DNA of 64,000 bases from a bacterium. Lineage in GTDB: Bacteria > Vulcanimicrobiota > JABDET01. Position numbers and translations under genes: made by a program. Below are positions 1-8,789 of this stretch, piece by piece; the stretch's first letter is position 1; each line of letters begins with the position of its first letter. Under the pieces are notes generated by a model. It worked only from the letters and a program-made list of their open reading frames with translations. It did not search any database and had not been told where the DNA came from. The stretch covers positions 151,279-215,278 of the forward strand of contig JAKAVV010000001.1 in assembly GCA_021817145.1 (NCBI GenBank). Direction: 5' to 3'.

Positions 1-487
1 CGTTTTTATCACTCCTTCGGCTTCTGCTACTTCTTCTCCGACTGTAAAACAGCTTGCCACCACAGTGAATAGGTTGGCAAATCAGGGGATTGTCTTTAAA
101 AAAGATGTGGTTTTACCAGCTAATGAACTGCAAGATGAGTTGAACACCATGAATCGAGTCTCAGCTTTGCAAAGTCTTGCTTATTATGTTAAAACAAGGG
201 GTCCTGTGAGTTACAGTGAAGTAACTTCTGAATTAGTCGCTTTTAAAACCCAGCATCCTAATATGGCTAAAGTCATCAGATTCCAGATTTTACCTGAAGC
301 TTTAAAAAAGGTCTCTTCTAAAGTCACCAAAATTCAAGCCAATGTGGATTTCATGTTTTACTCTGGATTAGGTGTTATATCAGACAAAAATCTCCAAAAA
401 AGCTCAGAAGCTGTTTCTCTGGGATTAGATATGGAAGATGCTGCTTTTACAACAGCGGAATTGGTGAAATCGGGAAGCACTCCGTAA
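1..487 (+). CDS. Hypothetical protein, 5'-partial (frame open from the window start)
   Basis: The frame reads VFITPSASATSSPTVKQLATTVNRLAN... from position 2 without a stop until TAA at 485-487. No family recognised. Confidence 0.7.
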   Translation, partial: VFITPSASATSSPTVKQLATTVNRLANQGIVFKKDVVLPANELQDELNTMNRVSALQSLAYYVKTRGPVSYSEVTSELVAFKTQHPNMAKVIRFQILPEALKKVSSKVTKIQANVDFMFYSGLGVISDKNLQKSSEAVSLGLDMEDAAFTTAELVKSGSTP

Positions 488-566
488 GATGAAAGAGATC
501 TAAACCCTGTTAAGGCGTTTTAAGAAGTATAGAGCAGAGGATTTTAGTGGACCAAATGATTCAAAA

Positions 567-1232
567 TTGAAAGAAATTTACGATTTTGTCAGCGAGAAGA
601 ATGATAGGTTTAGGTGCTTTGTGCAGAGTGAATTGGATAAAAGTGGACTCTCGTATAAAATTAAACGTAGGGCTAAAGATCCTCCCTCCATTTATCAAAA
701 ATTAGTCAAGGATAAATCAAGTATAGGCGACTTGAAAGATCTATCAGGGGTCAGGGTTAATTTGGACGTTACAAAATCTAATTTTGAAGAATATTATAGA
801 GTTCGTGATATTTTGAAGGGTAATACCAATTACCGTCAAGTCCCAGGAAGATTTAAAGATACGATTAAAAATCCGCTCCCAAACGGGTACACTGGCAGAC
901 TCCATGACAATTTTAAAGATGATGATGGAGTGACGCATGAAGTTCAAATAGGCTCCAATGATCTCGAAGACTTCATTGGTCATAAGATTACCATGAAGGA
1001 TGGGAAGAAAATTTCGTTACATGATCTTTTTTATAAAGGGAAAGATCTTGGTATTACGGTTTCTCCAGATCTTGCAAATGAGTATAAAAATCTTATTAAT
1101 AAAATCACCCAAATCAATGGTAAAGGGGAAAATCTTAATTCAACATTAGATGCTCAAGAAGTCCAGGATTTTTTTCGTAGAGTCGAGAATTCTATTAATG
1201 AGGGGGGTAATCCAAATGAAAACAAAGATTAA
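567..1232 (+). CDS. Small alarmone synthetase (RelA/SpoT synthetase-only domain), divergent
   Basis: Motifs RAKxxxSxxxK, DLSGVRV, NGYTGRLH, EVQI and HxxxYK (HDLFYK). The TTG start is uncertain; an in-frame ATG at 489 is blocked by TAA at 501. Confidence 0.8.
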   Translation: MKEIYDFVSEKNDRFRCFVQSELDKSGLSYKIKRRAKDPPSIYQKLVKDKSSIGDLKDLSGVRVNLDVTKSNFEEYYRVRDILKGNTNYRQVPGRFKDTIKNPLPNGYTGRLHDNFKDDDGVTHEVQIGSNDLEDFIGHKITMKDGKKISLHDLFYKGKDLGITVSPDLANEYKNLINKITQINGKGENLNSTLDAQEVQDFFRRVENSINEGGNPNENKD

Positions 1233-1623
1233 GAAAGACAATTGTGAAACCCAAACCTCTAAAAGCATTCCGACAAATACGACAAATACTAATAGGGAAG
1301 TCAATGCTCTCCTGGTTTTTAAAAGACATGAAAATGATGAGCCTATTCAAACAGATGATCTGTTTTCTTCTTCGGGGGAAATGGTGTACTGCGAAGTTTA
1401 CAAAGCCGGAGGTCGTTCTTCTCAAAAAGACCCTGGTATACTTCTTAAACAACAAGAGAACAAATTGGGGAAAACATATCCCTGGCCTGATTATGAAATT
1501 ATCCGTGAAGGAATCAGCGTTTCAAAAGACAAAGATGCGCTTGAAAAGTTTTATTTGGAGTATCCTGAGTGTAAAAAATACCCGGTTCAAAACCTTGAAG
1601 ATGGAATTCAAGTAAAAGATTAG
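1216..1623 (+). CDS. Hypothetical protein (candidate antitoxin/immunity or accessory protein)
   Basis: ATG at 1216 follows a GAGGGGGG RBS and overlaps the synthetase end; its TAG directly abuts the next ATG at 1624. Confidence 0.7.
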   Translation: MKTKIKKDNCETQTSKSIPTNTTNTNREVNALLVFKRHENDEPIQTDDLFSSSGEMVYCEVYKAGGRSSQKDPGILLKQQENKLGKTYPWPDYEIIREGISVSKDKDALEKFYLEYPECKKYPVQNLEDGIQVKD

Positions 1624-2238
1624 ATGAATTTATTGCAAAGTGATTTTTTTACAGATCAAAGCTTTGAAAAAGAGCTGATGGAAATAAAAGACCCTGAATT
1701 TCTAAAGAAAGAGCTTTTAGAAAAACTCAAAGATGGGCAGAAATATGCGGTCATGGAAGAAGCAGTAGAGTTTGCTGAAAAAGCGCATAAGAACCAGAAA
1801 AGAGATGAGGGAACATCCTACATCTTACATCCACTTCGAGTTGCGATTCGACTTTATCACAGTGGGTACCGTTCCCCTGAAATTTTAGCTGTTGCTCTGC
1901 TGCACGATGTTCTCGAAGATTCTCAAACCAACCCTATGACTTTGAAGAAAAAATTTGGTTCGCGAATAGGAGATGCTGTTCTTACTTTGAGCAAGCAAAC
2001 CGTAAATGGTAAAATCTCCAATCCCGTTTATTTTCAGAGACTTCAGAGCGCTGGAGCTGAAATTCAAGCGATTAAGATTTTTGATCGGATAGATAATCTT
2101 TATTCTTTGCGTTTAATTGATAATCACAAAAAGAAGGAACAGTATCTGCAAGAAACTCAAAAGTATTTTCTCGATTTAGCAAAAAGTTCTTCTGTTTTAA
2201 AAAAAAATTTAGATTTAGCTATCTCGCAGATCTCTTGA
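1624..2238 (+). CDS. Small alarmone hydrolase (HD domain, Mesh1/SpoT-hydrolase-like)
   Basis: Motifs AHKNQKRDEGTSYILHP, LLHDVLED and IKIFDRIDNL. Confidence 0.88.
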   Translation: MNLLQSDFFTDQSFEKELMEIKDPEFLKKELLEKLKDGQKYAVMEEAVEFAEKAHKNQKRDEGTSYILHPLRVAIRLYHSGYRSPEILAVALLHDVLEDSQTNPMTLKKKFGSRIGDAVLTLSKQTVNGKISNPVYFQRLQSAGAEIQAIKIFDRIDNLYSLRLIDNHKKKEQYLQETQKYFLDLAKSSSVLKKNLDLAISQIS

Positions 2239-2292
2239 TAATCGATTGAGGCATCTTTTAATTTCTTTTGGTTTGGATTGGTAGGCAGGACG

Positions 2293-3285
2293 TCAGATAT
2301 TTAAGTTTTTAAAGGCTGCCTTAAACTGTTGGCTGGCTTTCTCGGCAGCATCCTGAATAGGTCCCTCCAGTTCAGGGTTAAACGAGTTGGGGACAAGGGT
2401 GCTTAACAAGCCGGGTGAAGCTCCAACAGGAGTATCGGAATTTGAAGCTAATTCTTTTTTCTTTTCCAGCAGGAACTGCTGCATTTTACCTTGATACTCC
2501 TGGAGTTCTTGCCCTTCAGGAGATTGACTTAATTGAGAAGTAAAGCTATTTTCATCATCTTTGAATCGTTTGAATAGTTCATCCGCTTTTTCTTTCAGTT
2601 CTGAGGTGGGAAGTCCAACTTTTAAGATGTTCATTTGCAAGTTTTCTTCAAATTCATTCAGACCAGTTTCAGCTCTGGCTACTGAAGCCTGGAGCTGGGC
2701 TTGAACCTGTGGTTCTGTTAACTGCCCTATATTATTTTGGATCTCTTGTTGATACGATTCTGCGAAACTTTTAACGTAAGCTTGTTTTTGTTCAGCTGTA
2801 TTTTGTTGAAAAAGGGAGGTTTGTTTAGATTCCCAATTTTGTCTGGCAGCAGCCTGTGTCTGTGTTTCCCCACCATTAAACAGCTTTGGATTTCCTTGTG
2901 AATCCAGGAGAGGGTTTCCGTTTTTGTCAAATTCATAGTGTTGGGAAGAAAAGAGCTCACCTTTTTCTTGCATCAAATTTCCAAATTCATTTGACCAGAT
3001 CGTACTGTGAACATTGTAAAAAGTGTTTGCTTTTTGGGCTGCTGTGTCTGCCGCTTCTTTTGGGAAAGTGGGGAGCCCTGATGTATTCATCAGCTGCTGT
3101 TCTTCTTCCATCTGCCTCTGCATTTGCTGCTGCATGAGAAGCATTTCTTGATGAATTCTGTTAAATACTAACTCCTGAGTCTGGTTATTAGACGCTAATC
3201 CTTGATAAGCTTTTTGAAAAACGCCTGACTGATTTTGAGAACCGGCAGATCGAATTATTCCTAAAGCTAACCCTGCTAACTGCAT
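2293..3285 (-). CDS. Gln-rich, probably coiled-coil hypothetical protein
   Basis: 330-aa ORF with Q/E-rich helical composition; no family recognised. Confidence 0.75.
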   Translation of the reverse strand: MQLAGLALGIIRSAGSQNQSGVFQKAYQGLASNNQTQELVFNRIHQEMLLMQQQMQRQMEEEQQLMNTSGLPTFPKEAADTAAQKANTFYNVHSTIWSNEFGNLMQEKGELFSSQHYEFDKNGNPLLDSQGNPKLFNGGETQTQAAARQNWESKQTSLFQQNTAEQKQAYVKSFAESYQQEIQNNIGQLTEPQVQAQLQASVARAETGLNEFEENLQMNILKVGLPTSELKEKADELFKRFKDDENSFTSQLSQSPEGQELQEYQGKMQQFLLEKKKELASNSDTPVGASPGLLSTLVPNSFNPELEGPIQDAAEKASQQFKAAFKNLNI

Positions 3286-3291
3286 ACTTTT

Positions 3292-3334
3292 ATTTTATCA
3301 CAAATTTGTTAAATTTTTGTTACCTTTTTGTAAA
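3292..3334 (-). promoter_or_regulatory. Extended -10 promoter (probably leaderless) with three direct repeats spaced 11 bp apart
   Basis: Minus strand TG-A-TAAAAT ends 6 nt before the ATG at 3285. Plus-strand GTTAA/GTTAC/GTAAA start at 3308, 3319 and 3330. Confidence 0.5.
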
Positions 3335-3377
3335 TATTTTCTTAACAATTTTATCTTTTTAAATAGAAGACCTGGGT

Positions 3378-4652
3378 TTATAGTTTTAATCTTCCGCCCA
3401 TGTATGGTCTCAGTATTTCAGGGACAACCACTGACCCGTCTTCTTCTTGATAGTTTTCAAGAATCGCTATCATGACTCTTGGGAGGGCAAGCCCAGAACC
3501 ATTTAAAGTATGCACAAATTCTGGCTTTTCTTGAGGGGCTCTGCGAAATCGGATATTTGCCCTTCTTGCCTGGAAAGCTTCAAAATTAGAAACAGAGGAG
3601 ACTTCAAGCCACTTCTCTTCAGCAGGAGACCAGGCTTCTATATCATAGCATTTTGCAGCAGAGAACCCCATGTCACCCGCGCAGAGCAAGAGGACTCGAT
3701 AAGGGATATTAAGCACTTGGAGAATCTCTTCAGCATCATTCAGCAGTTTTTCATGTTCCTGGTAAGAATCTTCTGGATTGGTTAATTTGACAAGTTCTAC
3801 TTTGTCAAATTGATGAAGTCTTTTCAATCCTCTGGTTTCAGATCCTGCTGCTCCAGCTTCTCTTCTGAAACAGGCTGTATAGGAAACATAATATTTAGGC
3901 AGCTCCTCAAAATTTAAAATCTCGTCTCGATGGAGATTAGTTACAGGAACTTCTGCTGTTGGGATTAAAAAAAGATCATCTTTTTCACAGGAATACATGT
4001 CCTCTTCAAATTTTGGCAGCTGCCCTGTTCCAACCATAATTTCTCGTTTTACAAGATAAGGGGGATAGATTTCTTTATATCCATGTTTTGCCACGTGAAA
4101 ATCCAGCATGAATTGAATTAAAGCTCTTTGAAGTTTCGCTCCTGTTCCTGTATAAAGAGAGAAGAGGGGTCCAGATAGTTTAGAAGCCCGTTTTTGGTCT
4201 AAAATTTCAAGTGATTCTCCGATTTCCCAGTGAGGTTTTATTGGAAAATTGAATTTCCTTTTTTCCCCCCAGGTTCTGATGATTTGATTTTCTGAAGCGT
4301 CTTTTCCACTGGGAACAGTTTCATGAGGGATGTTTGGAAAAAATAATAGGCGCTGGTTTAAAGTGTTTTCTAAATTGGTTAATTCAGTTTCTATCTCTTT
4401 AATTTTAAGATTGATTTTTCTCACTTCTTCCTGTTTTTCTTCCGTGTTTTCCCCTGCCTTTTTTAATTTTCCGATCTGTTCAGATGTTTGATTTCTTTCT
4501 TTTTTTAATCCATCGGATTGGATGAGCAGCTGCCTCCACTTCTCATCTAATGACAGAAACTCATTTAGAACAGAGATAGATGTCCCCCCTCTTTTCATTA
4601 AACCTTCTCGTATTTTTTCGGGCTGCTGTCGGATAAATTTTTGTTCCAGCAT
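3378..4652 (-). CDS. serS: Serine--tRNA ligase
   Basis: Motifs [27 protein letters not shown] and HTLNGSGLA; N-terminal coiled arm. Confidence 0.98.
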   Translation of the reverse strand: MLEQKFIRQQPEKIREGLMKRGGTSISVLNEFLSLDEKWRQLLIQSDGLKKERNQTSEQIGKLKKAGENTEEKQEEVRKINLKIKEIETELTNLENTLNQRLLFFPNIPHETVPSGKDASENQIIRTWGEKRKFNFPIKPHWEIGESLEILDQKRASKLSGPLFSLYTGTGAKLQRALIQFMLDFHVAKHGYKEIYPPYLVKREIMVGTGQLPKFEEDMYSCEKDDLFLIPTAEVPVTNLHRDEILNFEELPKYYVSYTACFRREAGAAGSETRGLKRLHQFDKVELVKLTNPEDSYQEHEKLLNDAEEILQVLNIPYRVLLLCAGDMGFSAAKCYDIEAWSPAEEKWLEVSSVSNFEAFQARRANIRFRRAPQEKPEFVHTLNGSGLALPRVMIAILENYQEEDGSVVVPEILRPYMGGRLKL

Positions 4653-5716
4653 TAGATTGCCAGAGCAGACATTCGCTTTAATTCTTCAGGTCTAGCTGCT
4701 TTTGCCTGCGCCTCCTCCATGTCAATTAAATTTTTCTTTGAGAGATTGCGAAGAAATAGCTCTTGTGAAATCATTCCTTGATCCCTGTTGTTATTCATTA
4801 AGGAAACCAGCTGCTGCAGTTTTCCTTCCCTTATGATGTTTTTTACATTGGCTGTTCCTGTTAAGATTTCCAGTCCCAAAACAGTTCCTCCCCCTTTTTT
4901 GTTGAGTAAAAGCTGGCTGACTGCGAGTTCAAGTCCAGCAGAGATCTGGCTTTTTATGATTTGTTGATAATGGGGGGGCGCCATCTCAATGATTTGTTCT
5001 AATGCCATAATAACTCCATTGGCTTTTATAGTGGCAATGACCAGGATTCCAGAGGATGCCGCTGCCAGGACTTCTGTGGTTGTTTCAAAATCTGGAAATT
5101 CTGTTACAGCCATGATATCTGGATTTTGTCGTAAAGCCGTTTGAATCGCTTGTTTGTAAGTTGGGGCATCTGTTCCGATTTCTCTTTGATAGATAACCCC
5201 TTTTTTATTTCGAAGCAAGAATTCAATTGGGTTTTCTAGACTGACAATCTGAATCGACCGATTTTCCAGGAGAAAATCCAGGAGAGCTGCTAAAGTTTGA
5301 GATTTTCCACTTGCTTTTGGTCCTGCAATCAAGATCAAGCCTTGAGGTTTTACGACTGTTTCTTTTAAAATAGGGGGAAGTCCAAGTGTTTCAAGTGACT
5401 GCGGGGTAGGGGGTGTTAAACGAAAAACAGCTGCTAATGAGCCTCTTTGATAAAAGATATTAGCCCTGAACCGGCTTACTCCTTCGACACTGTACCCTGT
5501 ATTGAGTTCTTTCTGCTTCTCAAGCGTTTCTTTTTGGGATGGAGTCAGCGCATTGTCTAAAATAGTTTTAACTTCAGTTACGGATAAAATGTCATTGGTC
5601 AAAGGAAGAAGGAGATTTTCTTGAGTTTTGCAGAGAGGAGGACTTCCGCCTACAAGATGCAGAATTAAGCCTTTTCTTTCAATCATGAGAATGAGGAGTT
5701 GATTTAAATCCATCAT
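4652..5716 (-). CDS. PilT/PilU-family ATPase with degenerate motifs
   Basis: [11 protein letters not shown], Walker [20 protein letters not shown] and ALRQNPD; the His box is lost. Confidence 0.85.
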   Translation of the reverse strand: MMDLNQLLILMIERKGLILHLVGGSPPLCKTQENLLLPLTNDILSVTEVKTILDNALTPSQKETLEKQKELNTGYSVEGVSRFRANIFYQRGSLAAVFRLTPPTPQSLETLGLPPILKETVVKPQGLILIAGPKASGKSQTLAALLDFLLENRSIQIVSLENPIEFLLRNKKGVIYQREIGTDAPTYKQAIQTALRQNPDIMAVTEFPDFETTTEVLAAASSGILVIATIKANGVIMALEQIIEMAPPHYQQIIKSQISAGLELAVSQLLLNKKGGGTVLGLEILTGTANVKNIIREGKLQQLVSLMNNNRDQGMISQELFLRNLSKKNLIDMEEAQAKAARPEELKRMSALAI

Positions 5717-5719
5717 GGC

Positions 5720-6097
5720 TTAAATGCTAAGAATCTCCTTTATTCGATTGACTAAATGAGTTGGACGAAAAGGTTTTGTTATATGTTCGTTAATTCCGAT
5801 CTGCGCGGATTTTAATTTGTCTTTTTCCTGCCCTCTTGCTGTTAATGCAATGATATAGATATTTTCATATTCAGGGTTCTCTTTTATTTTTTTAGCAAAT
5901 TCATATCCATCCATATAGGGCATCATAATATCCAGAAGAATTAAATCGGGAAGGGTTTGAGACAGCACTTGTATGGCTTCAAGAGGATCAGAAGCGGTTA
6001 AAACATTAAATCCTTCCATTTCCAGGATTAAGCGAAGAGATCTCTGAATGTACGGTTCATCATCCACTACAAGGATCTTTTGGCTTTTTTTTTCCAT
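5720..6097 (-). CDS. Single-domain response regulator (receiver)
   Basis: VVDDE, LLDIMMP, ALTA and KPF receiver motifs. Confidence 0.93.
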   Translation of the reverse strand: MEKKSQKILVVDDEPYIQRSLRLILEMEGFNVLTASDPLEAIQVLSQTLPDLILLDIMMPYMDGYEFAKKIKENPEYENIYIIALTARGQEKDKLKSAQIGINEHITKPFRPTHLVNRIKEILSI

Positions 6098-6102
6098 AAA
6101 AA

Positions 6103-7389
6103 TTAAGAGGCTTTAACCTGATGGGCAATCACGCAATTTCCGTCGGGATAATTTAAATTTTTATCCATAAACAGGGCTCTTGCCCTGCATCCCCCTCTGC
6201 AGCTGGAAAAATAGCTGCAGGCTGAACAGGTTTGATTTCCTTCAAATTCCCTGAACTGCGCCAGTACTGCTGCATTGTCCCAGATTTGTTTCAAAGTTTT
6301 CTCTCTGATTGTTCCCGCAGAAAATAGATCTTTCAGGAATCCTGTTGGGGAGACGTTTCCTCTAGGGTCAATATGACAGATTAATGTGCCGCACTTGCAT
6401 CCGAATCCATCAAACATTAAATTTTGTCCTGCCCGAAAAGGGACGTAATGAGGAATTTCAATCTTAATATGAGTATTTTTTTGAATTTTTAGAGCGGCTT
6501 CCCATAATTTATTAGACTCTTCAAGGGTTAACAGCAGTTGAGGATTTTGGGCCGCTCTCCCAACAGGCATGATGGTTTCTAAAAGTATTTTTTCTACTTT
6601 TAACTTTTCCGCAATTCGAATTAAAGAGGGGAGTTCGGAAATATTGGGTTTCATAAAAACCATTTGAAGAGAGATGGGGATGCTTAATTCTTTTAAATTT
6701 TTAATTCCTCGCAAGGTTTTTCGGAACGATCCGGATTTCCCGCGGATATAATCATAAACTTTTTCACTTCCCCCTTCCATGCTGATTTTTAAGGATTTAA
6801 TTTTCAAACCTTTTAATCTTCTCGCTGCCTCTTTTGTGGCTGCAGCAGCATTGGTTGAAAGACGCACAGAAACACCGCGTAGATTGGCATGAGCGATAAT
6901 TTCGGGAAGGTCTTCCCTAAGGAGAGGTTCTCCGCCACCAAGGGATAGTTCGAAACATCCAATGGAAGCCATTTCATCAATTAATTTCTTGATTTCCGGA
7001 GTTTTTAATTCGTCGGGGTATGAACTGCCGGAAGAAGAGAAACAGTGGCGGCAGGAAAAATTGCAGGACTTTGTGATTGAGAAATAGACTTTTAAAGGAG
7101 CTGAAAGGTGGTCTTCTTTAGATAAGTCTCTTCCAATAAAAGTTCCCGTGAACTTTCCTTTAGAATCTAAAATTTCAATGCTCTGGCACAATTGAACAAA
7201 AGTTTCAAAATTTCTCTGCTGGATTCTGTCTTCCAGCGCTTTATAAATTTGAGGAAGAGTTTTGGTTTCAGTTAATTCGAAGATTTCTGCTGCATCGTGG
7301 TCAAAAGGAATATAATCCGCTCTTTCCCTGTCATAGATAATACATCCAAAATGCTCTTTTCTCCCAATGAACCTGGTTAATCCTGCCAA
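6103..7389 (-). CDS. Radical SAM/SPASM enzyme with N-terminal PqqD/RRE-like domain
   Basis: CNFSCRHC, GGGEP and SPASM CSACSYFSSCRGGCRA; N-terminal RKEHFGCIIYD segment recalls MftB/RRE domains. Confidence 0.88.
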   Translation of the reverse strand: MAGLTRFIGRKEHFGCIIYDRERADYIPFDHDAAEIFELTETKTLPQIYKALEDRIQQRNFETFVQLCQSIEILDSKGKFTGTFIGRDLSKEDHLSAPLKVYFSITKSCNFSCRHCFSSSGSSYPDELKTPEIKKLIDEMASIGCFELSLGGGEPLLREDLPEIIAHANLRGVSVRLSTNAAAATKEAARRLKGLKIKSLKISMEGGSEKVYDYIRGKSGSFRKTLRGIKNLKELSIPISLQMVFMKPNISELPSLIRIAEKLKVEKILLETIMPVGRAAQNPQLLLTLEESNKLWEAALKIQKNTHIKIEIPHYVPFRAGQNLMFDGFGCKCGTLICHIDPRGNVSPTGFLKDLFSAGTIREKTLKQIWDNAAVLAQFREFEGNQTCSACSYFSSCRGGCRARALFMDKNLNYPDGNCVIAHQVKAS

Positions 7390-7418
7390 TCTCTCTCCCC
7401 CTTTCCTGTTTTTCTTTA

Positions 7419-7427
7419 TGGTATAAT
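7419..7427 (+). promoter_or_regulatory. Extended -10 element (TGnTATAAT) upstream of argF
   Basis: TGGTATAAT about 85 nt upstream of the ATG at 7513. Confidence 0.5.
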
Positions 7428-7512
7428 GTTAACCTTTTTTCTCTTCCTTGAAAAGGACTCCTTCAAAAAATGGTGTATTCATGTATCAAAACTTATTGAT
7501 AAGGGGGACAAT

Positions 7513-8478
7513 ATGAATTTATCAGGCAGAAGTTTTATCGTTATGAATGATTTTTCCGAGAATGAACTGCGTGAGGTTCTTAAGCTTTCACAAGAGCTTA
7601 AAAATGAGTTAAAGAATAATAAATCTCGCAAGTATCTTGAAGGTAGAACTTTGGCTATGATTTTTGAAAAGCCTTCCACCCGAACAAGGGTCAGTTTTGA
7701 AACAGGAATGTTTCAATTAGGCGGACATGCTCTTTATCTTTCTGCTTCTGATCTCCAATTGGGCAGGGGAGAAACGATTGAAGACACAGCAAAAGTTTTA
7801 TCAGGGTATGTGGACTGCATTATGGCAAGGACTTTTAAACATGATACTGCTGCTAAACTTGCAGAATTTGCGACAGTTCCCGTGATCAATGGATTAAGCG
7901 ATTTAGAGCATCCTTGTCAAATCCTGGCTGATTTGTTAACCATTTATGAAGAAAAAAGAGATTTTAAAGGGTTAAAAATTGCCTATATTGGGGACGGAAA
8001 CAATGTGGCTCATTCTTTAATGATAGGCTGCGCAAAACTGGGAATGAATGTTTCAGTGGCTTCCCCCAAAGGGTATGCTCCAGATCAGAAGATTACAGCA
8101 GTAGCCCATCAGGAAGCAGAAAATCATGGAGGGATTCTTGAAATCACGACAGACCCAGAAAAAGCCGCTCATCAGGCTGATATTCTTTATACAGATGTCT
8201 GGGTCAGTATGGGACAGGATAAAGAACAAGAAGAGAGATTGAAAGTGTTTAAACCTTATCAGATTAATAAAGCACTGCTCTCAAAAGCCAAGAATGACTC
8301 TATTGTTCTTCACTGTCTGCCTGCACATAGAGGACTTGAAATTACAGGAGAGGTTATGGATGGAGAGCGCTCCCGAATCTTTCAGCAGGCTGAAAACCGC
8401 CTTCATACCCAAAAAGCGCTGCTCTGTTCACTGATTAAAAACGTAAGCATGCTGTGGGAGCCTTCTCTAAAAAGCTGA
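7513..8478 (+). CDS. argF: Ornithine carbamoyltransferase
   Basis: STRTRVSFE, HPCQ, DVWVSMG and HCLP; start moved to the ATG at 7513 after the AAGGGGG RBS. Confidence 0.96.
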   Translation: MNLSGRSFIVMNDFSENELREVLKLSQELKNELKNNKSRKYLEGRTLAMIFEKPSTRTRVSFETGMFQLGGHALYLSASDLQLGRGETIEDTAKVLSGYVDCIMARTFKHDTAAKLAEFATVPVINGLSDLEHPCQILADLLTIYEEKRDFKGLKIAYIGDGNNVAHSLMIGCAKLGMNVSVASPKGYAPDQKITAVAHQEAENHGGILEITTDPEKAAHQADILYTDVWVSMGQDKEQEERLKVFKPYQINKALLSKAKNDSIVLHCLPAHRGLEITGEVMDGERSRIFQQAENRLHTQKALLCSLIKNVSMLWEPSLKS

Positions 8479-8506
8479 ATCAGAAGCTTATTTTCGGGTA
8501 TAAGGA

Positions 8507-8737
8507 TTAAAATTGCCCTGACTGCCTGAATTTCACTCCCAGCATAATGCCTTTCATAAAATCATCGGCTTCTCCTGGGCTGAAAACAGAACTGCTTGGA
8601 GTAAACTGATCCTGACCATAAGAAGAAGGAGAGCTGGTTCCTGCCTGGATATTGGGTTGAGGTTGAGATTGAAATCCCCCTGTCCTTTCCCTAAGGGCTT
8701 GCATTGATCTGACTGAGGAGTTTGTCTGTATATTCAT
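8507..8737 (-). CDS. Small Ser/Gln-rich hypothetical protein
   Basis: 76-aa ORF filling the intergenic gap; TGCTAGAAT extended -10 just upstream. Confidence 0.65.
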   Translation of the reverse strand: MNIQTNSSVRSMQALRERTGGFQSQPQPNIQAGTSSPSSYGQDQFTPSSSVFSPGEADDFMKGIMLGVKFRQSGQF

Positions 8738-8789
8738 GGCTCTAGATTTATTCTAGCATACCCTGGGGAAAAGAACAATAAACAATAAG

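Noticed and set aside
1244-1615. Alternative-frame 123-aa ORF in the alarmone cassette
   Set aside because: The 1216-1623 frame has the RBS and exact coupling to both neighbours; this frame has implausible K/M-rich composition.
6103-7389. Mycofactocin or PQQ biosynthesis locus
   Set aside because: Despite the MftB/MftC-like flavour there is no MftA (IDGxCGVY) or PqqA (ExxxY) precursor and no other pathway gene nearby.
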